In this document: in pieces, positions 38,572-48,048 of the stretch
Position numbering within the stretch: position 1 is the first letter of the stretch
How the letters are laid out: each line of letters opens with the position of its first letter
Assembly: GCA_016928555.1 (NCBI GenBank)
Contig: JAFGKM010000033.1
Span: forward strand, 2,509-66,508
DNA length: 64,000 bases
Direction of reading: 5' to 3'
Origin: Candidatus Omnitrophota bacterium
GTDB taxonomy: Bacteria > Ratteibacteria > UBA8468 > B48-G9 > JAFGKM01
Notes under the pieces: generated by a model
What the model was told of the DNA's origin: nothing
The model's database searches: none
The model's input: only the letters and a program-made list of their open reading frames with translations
Translations under genes and position numbers: made by a program

Positions 38572-39738
38572 ATGGCTATGTGGATAGGCATTAACAGAAA
38601 AGCGAGGATTTGTTACGGGTTTGACGACATATCTCTCATGCCCGGCAAGATTACCATCAATCCGGAAGAGGTGGATATAACAACATCCATAGGCGGCGTT
38701 ACGCTTGATATCCCGGTAATAGCGGCCGCTATGGACGGCGTTGTTGACCCCATGTTTGCCGTGGCATTCGGTAAACTCGGAGGCCTTGCCGTTTTAAATC
38801 TCATGGGTATCTATACCAGATACGAGAACCCGTATGAAGTTCTGGAAAAAATCATAACCTGTCCCCATGAAAAATCAACCGCTTTCATCCAGAGCGTTTA
38901 CAGGGAGCCGATAAAGGAAAAGCTCGTGGGAGAAAGGGTTGAACAGATAAAAAAATCCGGCGTTGTCTGTTCCGTGAGCTGTATACCCCAGTATGCGGAT
39001 AAGTTCATAGGAATATGCAGGGAAGCCGGCGTGGACATTTTCATGATACAGTCTACGGTAACAACCGCAAGGCACATAGCATCTTCTTACAAACCGCTTG
39101 ATATCGCTTCTTTCTGCAAAACGGCGAAGGTGCCCGTGGTTGTCGGCAACTGCGTTACTTTTGACGTGACCATGGAGCTGATAGAAACAGGTGCGGCGGG
39201 GATACTTGTAGGGATAGGGCCCGGAGCCGCATGTACATCAAGGGAGGTTTTGGGTCTGGGGATTCCGCAGGTTACGGCTACAGCCGACTGCGCCTATGCA
39301 CGGGACATGTATTACAAGAGGACAGGTAAATACGTGCCGATGATAACAGACGGCGGCATGGTAAGCAGTGGGGATATATGCAAGGCGTTTGCCTCCGGAG
39401 CGGATGCGGTCATGATAGGTTCGGCATTTGTCAAATCCGATGAATCTCCGGGCAAGGGATATCACTGGGGCATGGCCACATCTGACGAGAACCTGCCGAG
39501 AGGCACAAGGGTTAACGTAGGCGTTTCATGCACGCTTAAGGAGATACTCTTCGGGCCCGCGAAAGTTGACGACGGTTCCCAGAACCTCATGGGCGCCCTG
39601 AAACTTTCCATGGGCTCTCTTGGAGCGAAAAACATAAAAGAGATGCAGATGGTTGAACTGGCTGTAACGCCTTCCATCAAGACAGAAGGGAAGATATACC
39701 AGTCGCTCATAAAATCAATGGGAAAAAACAAAAAATAA
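38572..39738 (+). CDS. GuaB3-family IMP dehydrogenase-related protein (no CBS domains)
   Basis: YGFDDI, AAAMDGV, GIGPGAACTSR, ITDGG, WGMAT; start 38572 after CAGGAG. Confidence 0.88.
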   Translation: MAMWIGINRKARICYGFDDISLMPGKITINPEEVDITTSIGGVTLDIPVIAAAMDGVVDPMFAVAFGKLGGLAVLNLMGIYTRYENPYEVLEKIITCPHEKSTAFIQSVYREPIKEKLVGERVEQIKKSGVVCSVSCIPQYADKFIGICREAGVDIFMIQSTVTTARHIASSYKPLDIASFCKTAKVPVVVGNCVTFDVTMELIETGAAGILVGIGPGAACTSREVLGLGIPQVTATADCAYARDMYYKRTGKYVPMITDGGMVSSGDICKAFASGADAVMIGSAFVKSDESPGKGYHWGMATSDENLPRGTRVNVGVSCTLKEILFGPAKVDDGSQNLMGALKLSMGSLGAKNIKEMQMVELAVTPSIKTEGKIYQSLIKSMGKNKK

Positions 39739-39811
39739 CTCCCCTGTTCTCCTCTCTCCTTGGGGGAGAGGATTAAGGTGAGGGGGCAACCTTTTTCAGG
39801 CTCGCAATGAC
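39739..39811. repeat. Family B hairpin plus right end of RPE-like element
   Basis: GGGGGCAACCTTTTTCAGGCTCGCAATGAC identical at 38508-38537 and 39782-39811. Confidence 0.85.
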
Positions 39812-39832
39812 AAAAACGTCGGTTTCAAATAA

Positions 39833-42800
39833 ATGAAAGAATTCGTACACCTCCATTTGCATACCGAGTACAGCCTGCTTGACGGCATGTGCAGGATAGC
39901 CGGCGTCACTCAGCTCGCCCATAAATACGGCATGAAAGCGCTTGCCGTTACCGACCACGGAACAATGGCGGGCGTCCTGAAGTTCTATGAAGAAGCTCTC
40001 CGCCACGGCTTGAAACCCATCATCGGCTCCGAGATGTACATCGCTCCCGGAAGCAGGTTTGACCAGAAATATGACAGCAAGAAAGAGGCGTATTTCCACA
40101 TAACCCTTCTTGCCTCAAATGACCGGGGATACCGTAACCTCCTCAAACTCTCAACGCTTTCATATACCGAGGGGTTTTATTATAAGCAGAGAATAGACAG
40201 GGAGCTCCTTGAGAAATATTCGGAGGGGCTGATAATACTGGGCGGATGCCTCAAGGGAGAAGCAAGCAGCAATCTTCTCAACGGCGATTTTGAAAGAGCG
40301 GCCGAGATAGTCGGGCTGTACCAGGATATCGCCGGCAGGGAGAATTTTTACCTGGAGATTATGGACAACAAACTGCCCGACCAGGAAAAGGCGAATAAGC
40401 TTCTGATAGAGCTTGCAGGGAAGACCGGTGCGGGTTTAGTTGCAACAAATGACTGCCACTACCTGAAAAAGGAAGACGCTTTTGCCCATGAGGTGCTGCT
40501 GTGTGTCCAAACGGGGGCGCATATTGAAGATAAAGACAGAATGAGATTCAACACCGACGAATTCTATTTCAAAACCCCCGAGGAGATGCATGCCGCCTTC
40601 AAAGATGTCCCCGAGGCGCTGACAAACACCGTCAAAATCAGTGAAAAATGCAATGTTAAAATAGACATCGGAGAGCATCACCTCCCCATTTTTTCGCCGC
40701 CCGAAGGTAAAACGCCCGAGCTGTATCTTGAAGAACTAATACTCAAGGGGCTTGCCGAAAGGTTCGGTTTAGACTGCAAAAAAATTGACGCGCCAGACGT
40801 TAAAAATGAAATTACCGAGAGGACAAAATACGAATTTGACGTGATTAAAAAGATGGGTTTTCCGAGTTATTTCCTCATAATACAGGACTTTGTCAATGAG
40901 GCAAAAAGAAAAAATATCAAGGTGGGCCCCGGCAGAGGGTCTGCCGCCGGAAGCCTTGTCGCATACCTTCTCGGGATTACAGAGATAAACCCCCTTCCTT
41001 ACAACCTTATCTTTGAAAGGTTCCTCAACCCCGAAAGGATAAGCCTGCCGGATATCGACGTTGATTTCTGCGACAGGCGCAGGGAGGAAGTTATCTCCTA
41101 CATAAGAGAAAAATACGGGACGGAGAACGTTGCGCAGATAGGCACTTACGGGAGAATGGCGGCAAGGGCTGTCCTTCGGGACGTGGGGCGCGCCCTCGGG
41201 TTCAGCTACAGCGAGGTAGACCGCCTGGCGAAACTGATATCCCCTGAACCGGGCGTTACGCTTGAAGACGAAATAAAATCCAATCCGGAAATAAAAAACA
41301 TAATAGAAAACGATGAAAGGGTGAAGCATCTTTTTGACATATCCCTTAAGCTTGAAGGACTTGCGAGGCACTCCTCAACCCATGCCGCCGGGCTGGTCAT
41401 AACCGAAAAGCCCGTTTATGAATATGCCCCTTTATTCCGCGGTCCGAAGGGCGAAGTCGCAACCCAGTTTGAGATGGAGGGCGTTGAAAAAATAGGATTG
41501 CTCAAGGTGGATATCCTCGGATTAAAAACCCTTTCCGTCATAGAGGATACGCTGAATCTCGTGAAGGAAAGGCACGGGGTGGAGATAAAGGATTTTCCCC
41601 TTGACGACGGCAAGACATACCGCCTGCTTTCAATGGGCGAATCTCTGGGCATATTCCAGCTTGAAAGCAAGGGGATGCAGGACCTTCTGAAAGAAAGCCG
41701 GCCGCAGATTTTTGAGGATATTATTGCAATTCTTGCGCTGTACCGTCCCGGTCCGATGAAAAGCGGCATGGTAAGAGAATATATAAAGAGGAAAAACGAC
41801 CCTTCAAAGATTGAATATGACCATCCGCTCCTTGAATCCATCCTGAAAACCACCTATGGCGTTATCCTTTACCAGGAGCAGGTCATGGAGATAGCCCACA
41901 AGTTCGCCGGTTTCTCCATGGGGGAGGCGGACGAATTGAGAAAGGCGATGGGCAAAAAGATAGCGTCGGTTATGGATGAAAATCGCGAAAAATTCGTTGA
42001 AGGGGCGCATAAAAACGGCGTTCCGAAGGCAAAAGCCGATAAGATATTTGAGCAGATTTCAAAGTTTGCAGGATACGGATTCAACAAATCCCACAGCACC
42101 GGCTATGCCCTAATCTCCTACCAGACTGCTTTTTTAAAGGCTAACTACCCGCTGGAGTTTATGACTTCTTTGTTGAACAGCGAAGCGGGAGACTTCACAA
42201 AGATTGCCGAATACATAGACGAATGCGACAGGATGAAGATATGGGTATTGCCCCCCGATGCGATGGAGAGCGGCGAAGGGTTCAGGATTTTCAGCAACGA
42301 CATTATCTTCGGGCTCTCCGCGATAAAAAACGTGGGTTCCGGGGCGGTAAAGTCCATCCTTGAGGCAAGGGAAAAAGGTCCCTTCAAATCCCTCTTTGAT
42401 TTCTGCGAGAGGGTAAACCTGCGCACCGTCAATAAAAAGGTGGTGGAAAGCCTGATAAAATCAGGCGCCTTTGATTATTTTGAAATTCCCCGCTCCCAGA
42501 TGTATGCCGCGATTGACGACGCAATCAGCCGCGGTTCCAAGATGCAGAAAAAGGCCGCCGAAGGGCAGATGGAGATATTCGGTTTCGACAGCGGCGGAAT
42601 AACCGCTGTTATAGATAAAAGCGTGCTCACGTCGCTTCCCGAATGGTCGGAAACCCGCCTCCTTTCCTACGAAAAAGAGATGCTCGGGGTTTACCTCACG
42701 GGTCATCCCCTTGAAAGATACGCATCCATAATGAAGATGTTCTCCAACGTTTCGGTATCAAGGCTTAACGAAGAATTAAGAGACGGCATCGTTGTCAGCG

Positions 42801-43285
42801 TCGGCGGCATACTGACCGACATAAAAAGGACCAATACGAAAAAGGGTGAGAGAATGGGATGGGGCGACCTTGAAGACCTAACCGGAAGGGTTCGGGTGCT
42901 TTTTTATCCGAGAACATACGAATCTTTCGGCTCTCTCATACGCAAAGGTTCCATAGTTTTCGTCAAGGGGCGGCTGGAGAAAAGGGACGGGATAACTATT
43001 GTCGCCGACGAGGTTGCAAACCTGAACACGGCGAAAGACAAGTTTTTATCCAATGTGGAGATTGACATAAAACTGCCTCTGGATGAAGCCAAAATGCAGA
43101 AACTCCGGGAACTCTTCGTAAAGAACAAGGGAAACTGCCCCCTGTACTTTAACCTCATCACCGAAAAAGGCGATAAAAAAGCCAAGGTTAAGGCGAACGG
43201 ATACACCGTAAACCCAGACATTGAGTTTATTGAAGAGGTGAAGGGGATTCTCGGAAGTTCTGCCTCAGTCCACCTCGGCATTTAA
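39833..43285 (+). CDS. dnaE: DNA polymerase III alpha subunit
   Basis: FVHLHLHTEYSLLDG, GRGSAAGSLVAY, PDIDVDF, RPGP, FAGYGFNKSH. Confidence 0.98.
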   Translation: MKEFVHLHLHTEYSLLDGMCRIAGVTQLAHKYGMKALAVTDHGTMAGVLKFYEEALRHGLKPIIGSEMYIAPGSRFDQKYDSKKEAYFHITLLASNDRGYRNLLKLSTLSYTEGFYYKQRIDRELLEKYSEGLIILGGCLKGEASSNLLNGDFERAAEIVGLYQDIAGRENFYLEIMDNKLPDQEKANKLLIELAGKTGAGLVATNDCHYLKKEDAFAHEVLLCVQTGAHIEDKDRMRFNTDEFYFKTPEEMHAAFKDVPEALTNTVKISEKCNVKIDIGEHHLPIFSPPEGKTPELYLEELILKGLAERFGLDCKKIDAPDVKNEITERTKYEFDVIKKMGFPSYFLIIQDFVNEAKRKNIKVGPGRGSAAGSLVAYLLGITEINPLPYNLIFERFLNPERISLPDIDVDFCDRRREEVISYIREKYGTENVAQIGTYGRMAARAVLRDVGRALGFSYSEVDRLAKLISPEPGVTLEDEIKSNPEIKNIIENDERVKHLFDISLKLEGLARHSSTHAAGLVITEKPVYEYAPLFRGPKGEVATQFEMEGVEKIGLLKVDILGLKTLSVIEDTLNLVKERHGVEIKDFPLDDGKTYRLLSMGESLGIFQLESKGMQDLLKESRPQIFEDIIAILALYRPGPMKSGMVREYIKRKNDPSKIEYDHPLLESILKTTYGVILYQEQVMEIAHKFAGFSMGEADELRKAMGKKIASVMDENREKFVEGAHKNGVPKAKADKIFEQISKFAGYGFNKSHSTGYALISYQTAFLKANYPLEFMTSLLNSEAGDFTKIAEYIDECDRMKIWVLPPDAMESGEGFRIFSNDIIFGLSAIKNVGSGAVKSILEAREKGPFKSLFDFCERVNLRTVNKKVVESLIKSGAFDYFEIPRSQMYAAIDDAISRGSKMQKKAAEGQMEIFGFDSGGITAVIDKSVLTSLPEWSETRLLSYEKEMLGVYLTGHPLERYASIMKMFSNVSVSRLNEELRDGIVVSVGGILTDIKRTNTKKGERMGWGDLEDLTGRVRVLFYPRTYESFGSLIRKGSIVFVKGRLEKRDGITIVADEVANLNTAKDKFLSNVEIDIKLPLDEAKMQKLRELFVKNKGNCPLYFNLITEKGDKKAKVKANGYTVNPDIEFIEEVKGILGSSASVHLGI

Positions 43286-43320
43286 TCTCCACTTCCCCTT
43301 CCTATAGCTTCGTTTTCTCC

Positions 43321-43371
43321 GAAATTCCCTCTTAATCCCCCCTTTGTAAAAGGGGGGTATGGGGGGATTTT
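43321..43371. repeat. C-rich/G-rich hairpin repeat (family A)
   Basis: GAAATTCCCTCTTAATCCCCCTTTGTAAAAGGGGGGTATGGGGGGATTTTC. Confidence 0.75.
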
Positions 43372-43426
43372 CCTCTTCTCCTCTATAGTAAAATTGGAAG
43401 CGGGCACTTCTCTTTCCTTTCTTTGC

Positions 43427-43483
43427 GGTAGCCGCAGGTTCCCCCTTCGCCAAGGCTTCGGAGGATAAACTTCAGCCTGCGTC
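43427..43483 (+). repeat. GTAG-type REP with 30-nt insert
   Basis: GGTAGCCGCAGGT[TCCCCCTTCGCCAAGGCTTCGGAGGATAAA]CTTCAGCCTGCGTC. Confidence 0.85.
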
Positions 43484-43532
43484 TTTTCCTTGCCTGATTC
43501 AGCATAATTTGTTATTATCATACTACCTAATT

Positions 43533-44570
43533 ATGAAAATGGAAGCGGTGATAAGGACGGTGTGGAGGGAGAAGGGCAGGCTATATATAATTGACCAGAG
43601 GCTGTTGCCTGACAAGGAGAAGACTGTTGAACTTAAGAATATCAGGGATGTGTGGTCTGCCATAAGAAATTTGAGCATCAGGGGGGCGCCTGCGATAGGG
43701 TGCGTTGCGGCTTACGGCGTAGCCCTGTCTGCCTTGAAAACAAAAACCGGAGACAGAAAAATCTTTGTAAAGACAGTTGAGAGAGATATAAAGTATCTTG
43801 CAACCTCCAGGCCTACCGCATATAACCTGTTTTTTGCGCTTGACCGGATGGAGAAGGTTTTGAAGGATGCCGGAAATGTTTCCGTCGCGGAGTTGAAAAA
43901 GAGGCTGGCTGACGAAGCGGATGCAATATACGAAGAAGACTTAAAATGCTGTTATAAAATTGGGGTGAACGGCGCTTCCCTGATAAAGAACGGCATGAAC
44001 GTCCTTACCCACTGCAATGCCGGAGCGCTTGCCACTTCGGGGTTTGGGACGGCGCTCTCTGTTTTTTTCGTTGCAAAAAGCAAGGGGAAAAAGTTCCATG
44101 TTTTTGTTGATGAGACCAGGCCTGTTCTGCAGGGAGCGCGGCTGACGGCGTGGGAATTGAAGAAGGCAGGCATTCCGTACACCCTGATATGCGATAACAT
44201 GGCGGGTTATCTTATGCAGCAGGGGAAGATTGACATGGCGGTTACAGGTGCGGACAGGATAGCGGCTAACGGCGATACCGCCAATAAGATAGGGACTTAT
44301 TCGCTGGCTGTGCTGGCGCATTACCACAAGGTTGATTTTTACGTTGCGGCGCCTTTCTCTACCTTTGACCCCTGCGTGAAAAACGGGAAGGGGATAGTTG
44401 TTGAAGAGAGGGGCGGAGACGAGGTCAGGAATATAAGAGGGGTGTGTTTGTCTCCGAAGGATGCGCCGGTTTACAACCCTGCTTTTGATATAACGCCTGC
44501 AGGGCTTATAAAGGGTTTCATCACGGAAAATGGTATAATAAAAAGACCGGGGTTCGGGACTCGGGATTAG
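43533..44570 (+). CDS. mtnA: S-methyl-5-thioribose-1-phosphate isomerase
   Basis: IDQRLLP, IRGAPAIG, SRPTA.NL, THCNAGALAT, ETRP.LQGARLT, NPAFD.TP. Confidence 0.95.
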   Translation: MKMEAVIRTVWREKGRLYIIDQRLLPDKEKTVELKNIRDVWSAIRNLSIRGAPAIGCVAAYGVALSALKTKTGDRKIFVKTVERDIKYLATSRPTAYNLFFALDRMEKVLKDAGNVSVAELKKRLADEADAIYEEDLKCCYKIGVNGASLIKNGMNVLTHCNAGALATSGFGTALSVFFVAKSKGKKFHVFVDETRPVLQGARLTAWELKKAGIPYTLICDNMAGYLMQQGKIDMAVTGADRIAANGDTANKIGTYSLAVLAHYHKVDFYVAAPFSTFDPCVKNGKGIVVEERGGDEVRNIRGVCLSPKDAPVYNPAFDITPAGLIKGFITENGIIKRPGFGTRD

Positions 44571-44675
44571 GGACTCGGGGAAAATCCCCCCATGCCCCCC
44601 TTTACTAAAGGGGGGATTAATAGGGGATTTCTAAAGTATTTCACGAATTCCGGATCGCGGAACCCGAATCCCGAT
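44549..44675. repeat. Heptamer-repeat arms around a family A hairpin
   Basis: GGGTTCG-GGACTCG-GGATTAG-GGACTCG (44549-44580), hairpin 44580-44631, inverted-like CCCGAATCCCGA near 44663-44674. Confidence 0.55.
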
Positions 44676-44682
44676 TTTTTAA

Positions 44683-44755
44683 GGGCGGTTGGCTCAGCGG
44701 TTAGAGCACTTGCTTCACACGCAAGGGGTCACAGGTTCGAGTCCTGTACCGCCCA
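44683..44755 (+). tRNA. tRNA-Val (anticodon CAC), CCA not encoded
   Basis: GGGCGGT/ACCGCCC acceptor stem, D-arm GCTCAGCGGTTAGAGC, anticodon arm CTTGC-TTCACAC-GCAAG, T-loop GGTTCGAGTCC. Confidence 0.96.
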
Positions 44756-44780
44756 CTTTTTTTTTGAGATAATATATATT

Positions 44781-45530
44781 ATGGACAGAAGGTTTGAGCT
44801 TGCTCTTAAATTGTCAGAAAAGGCAGGTGCTTTTTTAAGGGGCAGCAGGGATAATCCCGAAGTGGCGCAGACATTTGCCTATGACGTCAAGTTAAAACAG
44901 GACAGGGAGAGCGAAGAGATAGTAATAAGCGGTATTGAGAGGGAGTTTCCTGAAGACGGGTATATATCCGAAGAAAGGGGCGGCAAAGACAGCCGTTCCG
45001 GTTATGTCTGGGTGATTGACCCGCTTGACGGAACGGTTAATTATTCAAGAGGCATTCCGCACTGCTGTGTCTCAATTGCGTGCAGGGATGGTGTTAAAAA
45101 TGAATTCGGCGTTGTTTATGACTTTTTCAGGCGTGAGATGTTTACCGGCAGGAAGGGCGGAGGGGCGTTTCTTAACGGAAACAAGATAAAAACAAGCGAA
45201 ACATCCGGTTTGAAGGATGCCGTTATTTGTTTCGGGCTGATGAAGGGAGAAGAGGAGATTGAATCTGGCATGGCCGTTCTTAAATCAGTCGCCCTGAGGG
45301 TGAAGAAGATACGGACAATGGGTTCTGCGGCCCTTGACCTGTGTTACGTGGCGGCAGGACGGATAGATCTTTTCATGGAAGTCGGGCTTCAGCCGTGGGA
45401 TACGGCCGCGGGCAAAATAATAACAGAAGAGGCGGAAGGCAGGTACATAGAGATGGATAAGTTTGGCATGACGCTGAGTTGTGCTGATAACGGAAAGATT
45501 GATGCGGAGGATTTATGCGGAAATCTGTAA
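44781..45530 (+). CDS. suhB: Inositol monophosphatase family protein
   Basis: SEE, WVIDPLDGTVNY, GSAALDLCYVA.G, PWDTAAG; start moved to 44781 because the track start overlaps the tRNA. Confidence 0.88.
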   Translation: MDRRFELALKLSEKAGAFLRGSRDNPEVAQTFAYDVKLKQDRESEEIVISGIEREFPEDGYISEERGGKDSRSGYVWVIDPLDGTVNYSRGIPHCCVSIACRDGVKNEFGVVYDFFRREMFTGRKGGGAFLNGNKIKTSETSGLKDAVICFGLMKGEEEIESGMAVLKSVALRVKKIRTMGSAALDLCYVAAGRIDLFMEVGLQPWDTAAGKIITEEAEGRYIEMDKFGMTLSCADNGKIDAEDLCGNL

Positions 45531-46948
45531 AGAATATAAACATTAAAAATACTGTGAAGGATACGGTTGAAACTATAGTTAAACCGGTTGTAAAGCCTGT
45601 AACCGGCCTGGTTGACGTTTTTAATTTTTTCATGAAAAAGGTTGAAGAGAAGGGTCTTCACAGGAAGGGCGATGTGGAAATTGACGGGTTTGTAAACGTT
45701 TTGCTTGACGAAATGAAGGATGTTGAACAGGGGATATTCGCCTTTTTCAGCGAGATGCTGTTTATGCAGCATCTTTCCGAGAAAATGGCGCAGGTTGAGA
45801 ACGAAGTTACGCTTGTGAGCATACTTGCCGAAAGGGTGAAGGAATTTTTGAAACCCGGGTTCATTGAGGTTTTTTTATGCGGCGAGGATAAAACTTCTTT
45901 TCATCTTGCGTACCACTATCCGGCGGAAAAAGAGTTTAACCCTGCCGGGGTGAAAGAAATTGCGGCGGAGTGTTTCAACAAGGGGGAAAGCTCAATATAC
46001 AATAACAGAAAAATCGACGGGAAGAGTTTTTCTGTCCTCACCGCTCCTTTGAGGACAACGCGCGACAGGTTCGGGACGATTGTAGTCGGTAGGAAGGGCA
46101 AGAATAGTTTGAGCTCCAAAGATATAACGCTTGTCATAGCGGGTGCGACCGTGGTAAGTTTCTCCATAAGCAACATAAAGCTGGTAAACAGCATAATCAA
46201 AAATGAACGGCTCGTTACAATAGGAGAAACCATAGGCGGGCTTTCACACGATATAAAGAATATCCTCACCAGCCTTGAAAGCGGCATCGCCATTATGGAT
46301 ATTGCCCTCGGGAAGAACGATGCGCCGAAACTGCAGGATAAATGCCTTTGCAGACAGTGCAAAATGTCGTCCGAATGCATGGAAGATTTCAGAATGCTGA
46401 CAGAGGGCAGTAAAGCCGTGAAGAACGGGTATGAGAGAATGAAAGAGCTTGTCCTTTCCATGATTGACTATTCAAGGGAAAGGGAAATATCGCTGAGCCC
46501 CGTCAATATAAACAGGCTTATCAAGGATTTTCTGGATACCAAAAGAGAAGAGCTTAGAGAGAAGAAAATAAAGCTGGCGGAGGATTTTGACGTCAGGATA
46601 AAGGAAGTTGAGGCAGACCCCTTGAGGGTTGAGCGGATGATAGGCAATCTTGTGAATAACGCCATTGATGCGGTGAAAGGGAAAACAGGCATAATAAAAA
46701 CAGGTACGAAATTTTCCTCTGACAGGAAGCATGTTCTTCTATGGGTTGAGGATAATGGCTGCGGAATACCCGACGAAAGCCTTAAAAAAATATTTGACGT
46801 TTTTTATTCCACCAAAGGTTCAAAAGGAACCGGATTCGGACTGGCGATAGTGCAGAAGGTTGTTAGAGAGCACGGCGGTACTATTGAGGTGAAATCCGTT
46901 GTAAACAAGGGGACGAAATTTCTGATTAAAATTCCCATTGGAAGATAA
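45515..46948 (+). CDS. Cytoplasmic sensor histidine kinase (GAF-like + HisKA + HATPase)
   Basis: LSHDIKN H-box, NLVNNAIDA, VEDNGCGI, FYSTKG.KGTGFGL. Confidence 0.9.
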   Translation: MRKSVKNINIKNTVKDTVETIVKPVVKPVTGLVDVFNFFMKKVEEKGLHRKGDVEIDGFVNVLLDEMKDVEQGIFAFFSEMLFMQHLSEKMAQVENEVTLVSILAERVKEFLKPGFIEVFLCGEDKTSFHLAYHYPAEKEFNPAGVKEIAAECFNKGESSIYNNRKIDGKSFSVLTAPLRTTRDRFGTIVVGRKGKNSLSSKDITLVIAGATVVSFSISNIKLVNSIIKNERLVTIGETIGGLSHDIKNILTSLESGIAIMDIALGKNDAPKLQDKCLCRQCKMSSECMEDFRMLTEGSKAVKNGYERMKELVLSMIDYSREREISLSPVNINRLIKDFLDTKREELREKKIKLAEDFDVRIKEVEADPLRVERMIGNLVNNAIDAVKGKTGIIKTGTKFSSDRKHVLLWVEDNGCGIPDESLKKIFDVFYSTKGSKGTGFGLAIVQKVVREHGGTIEVKSVVNKGTKFLIKIPIGR

Positions 46949-46967
46949 AGCGAAATCCCCCACTGCT

Positions 46968-47038
46968 TGTCATTGCGAGGAGCGGAACGACGAAGCAATC
47001 TCAATTAGATTGCCGCGTAAAAGGCACTCGCAATGACA
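46968..47038. repeat. RPE-like palindromic element (uninterrupted)
   Basis: TGTCATTGCGAG...GAAGCAATC...GATTGC...CTCGCAATGACA terminal inverted repeats. Confidence 0.85.
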
Positions 47039-47068
47039 AAGAACGGGTTCGGGTTAAAGGAGGCATAA

Positions 47069-47389
47069 ATGGTAAGTTTTGAACAGTTCAAGGAAATGGA
47101 GATAAAAATAGGCAGGGTTCTGGAGGTTGAGGAGGTTGAAGGCGCTGACAAGCTTTATCTTCTTACCGTTGATATCGGCGAGGAGACGAGGAAGATGGTT
47201 GCCGGAATAAAACTGTGGTACAAAAGGGAAGAACTTGTCGGCAAAAACGTCGTGGTTCTTGCCAACCTGGAGCCCAAGGTCATAAGGGGCGTTGAGAGCA
47301 ATGGCATGGTTCTTGCCACCCTGAACGGCGACAGGTTTTCAGTTCTTACCACGGAAAGAGATATGCCTCCGGGAAGCAGGGTTTCGTAG
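47069..47389 (+). CDS. Stand-alone tRNA-binding OB-fold protein (MetRS C-terminal/Trbp111/CsaA-like)
   Basis: IKIGRVL, ADKLY, VAGI, VLANL.P..IRGVESNGM. Confidence 0.88.
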   Translation: MVSFEQFKEMEIKIGRVLEVEEVEGADKLYLLTVDIGEETRKMVAGIKLWYKREELVGKNVVVLANLEPKVIRGVESNGMVLATLNGDRFSVLTTERDMPPGSRVS

Positions 47390-47412
47390 ATATAAAAGGG
47401 AGGCGGAGAAAA

Positions 47413-48039
47413 ATGAAAAAGGTTTATGTCATCGGCGACAGTATTTCAATCAGTTACGGCCCCTATCTTGAAAAATACCTGAAGGGCGTTATGGCCTATT
47501 CGCGCAAGGAAGGCGTGGATAAGGCATTGCAGAACCTTGACGCCGCCATGGGCGCCAACGGCGGGGATTCTTCAAACGTCCTGGCTTTTCTTGAGTATAA
47601 ATTGAATTCCGGGGGGATTGAAGCAGACCTGATGCTTTTCAACTGCGGACTGCATGATATCAAAACCGACCCGGCGACAGGTAAAAAGCAGGTGCCGGTT
47701 GAAAAATACAGGGAGAATCTTAACAGAATAATTGAGATTGCCGCGAAGTTGAAGATTGAACCTGTATGGATACGCACCACTCCGTGCGATGAAAAAGTGC
47801 ATAATAAGAAAAACAGCTCTTTCTACCGTTTTTCGGCAGATTGCAATGAGTATAATGCCGCGGCTGATGAAATTATGAGGAAGAGAAAGGTGCCTGTTAT
47901 AGACCTTTATACTTTGACGTTCAATCTGGGTTCGGACATTTACTGCGACCACGTGCATTTTAATGAGAGCATACGCGAAAAACAGGGCGCTTTTATTGCG
48001 GGCTGGCTGTATTCATGGCTGGAAAGGCAGGATAAATAA
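47413..48039 (+). CDS. SGNH/GDSL hydrolase
   Basis: IGDSIS, NCGLHD, D.VHF. Confidence 0.88.
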   Translation: MKKVYVIGDSISISYGPYLEKYLKGVMAYSRKEGVDKALQNLDAAMGANGGDSSNVLAFLEYKLNSGGIEADLMLFNCGLHDIKTDPATGKKQVPVEKYRENLNRIIEIAAKLKIEPVWIRTTPCDEKVHNKKNSSFYRFSADCNEYNAAADEIMRKRKVPVIDLYTLTFNLGSDIYCDHVHFNESIREKQGAFIAGWLYSWLERQDK

Positions 48040-48048
48040 TCGGCTGGT

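Noticed and set aside
44592-44780. N-terminal extension of the suhB ORF in the track
   Set aside because: It runs through a hairpin repeat and the tRNA-Val gene; the real start is 44781.
44683-44800. tRNA-Val as integration site of a genomic island
   Set aside because: No duplicated tRNA 3' end or integrase found in the window; flanking genes are housekeeping.
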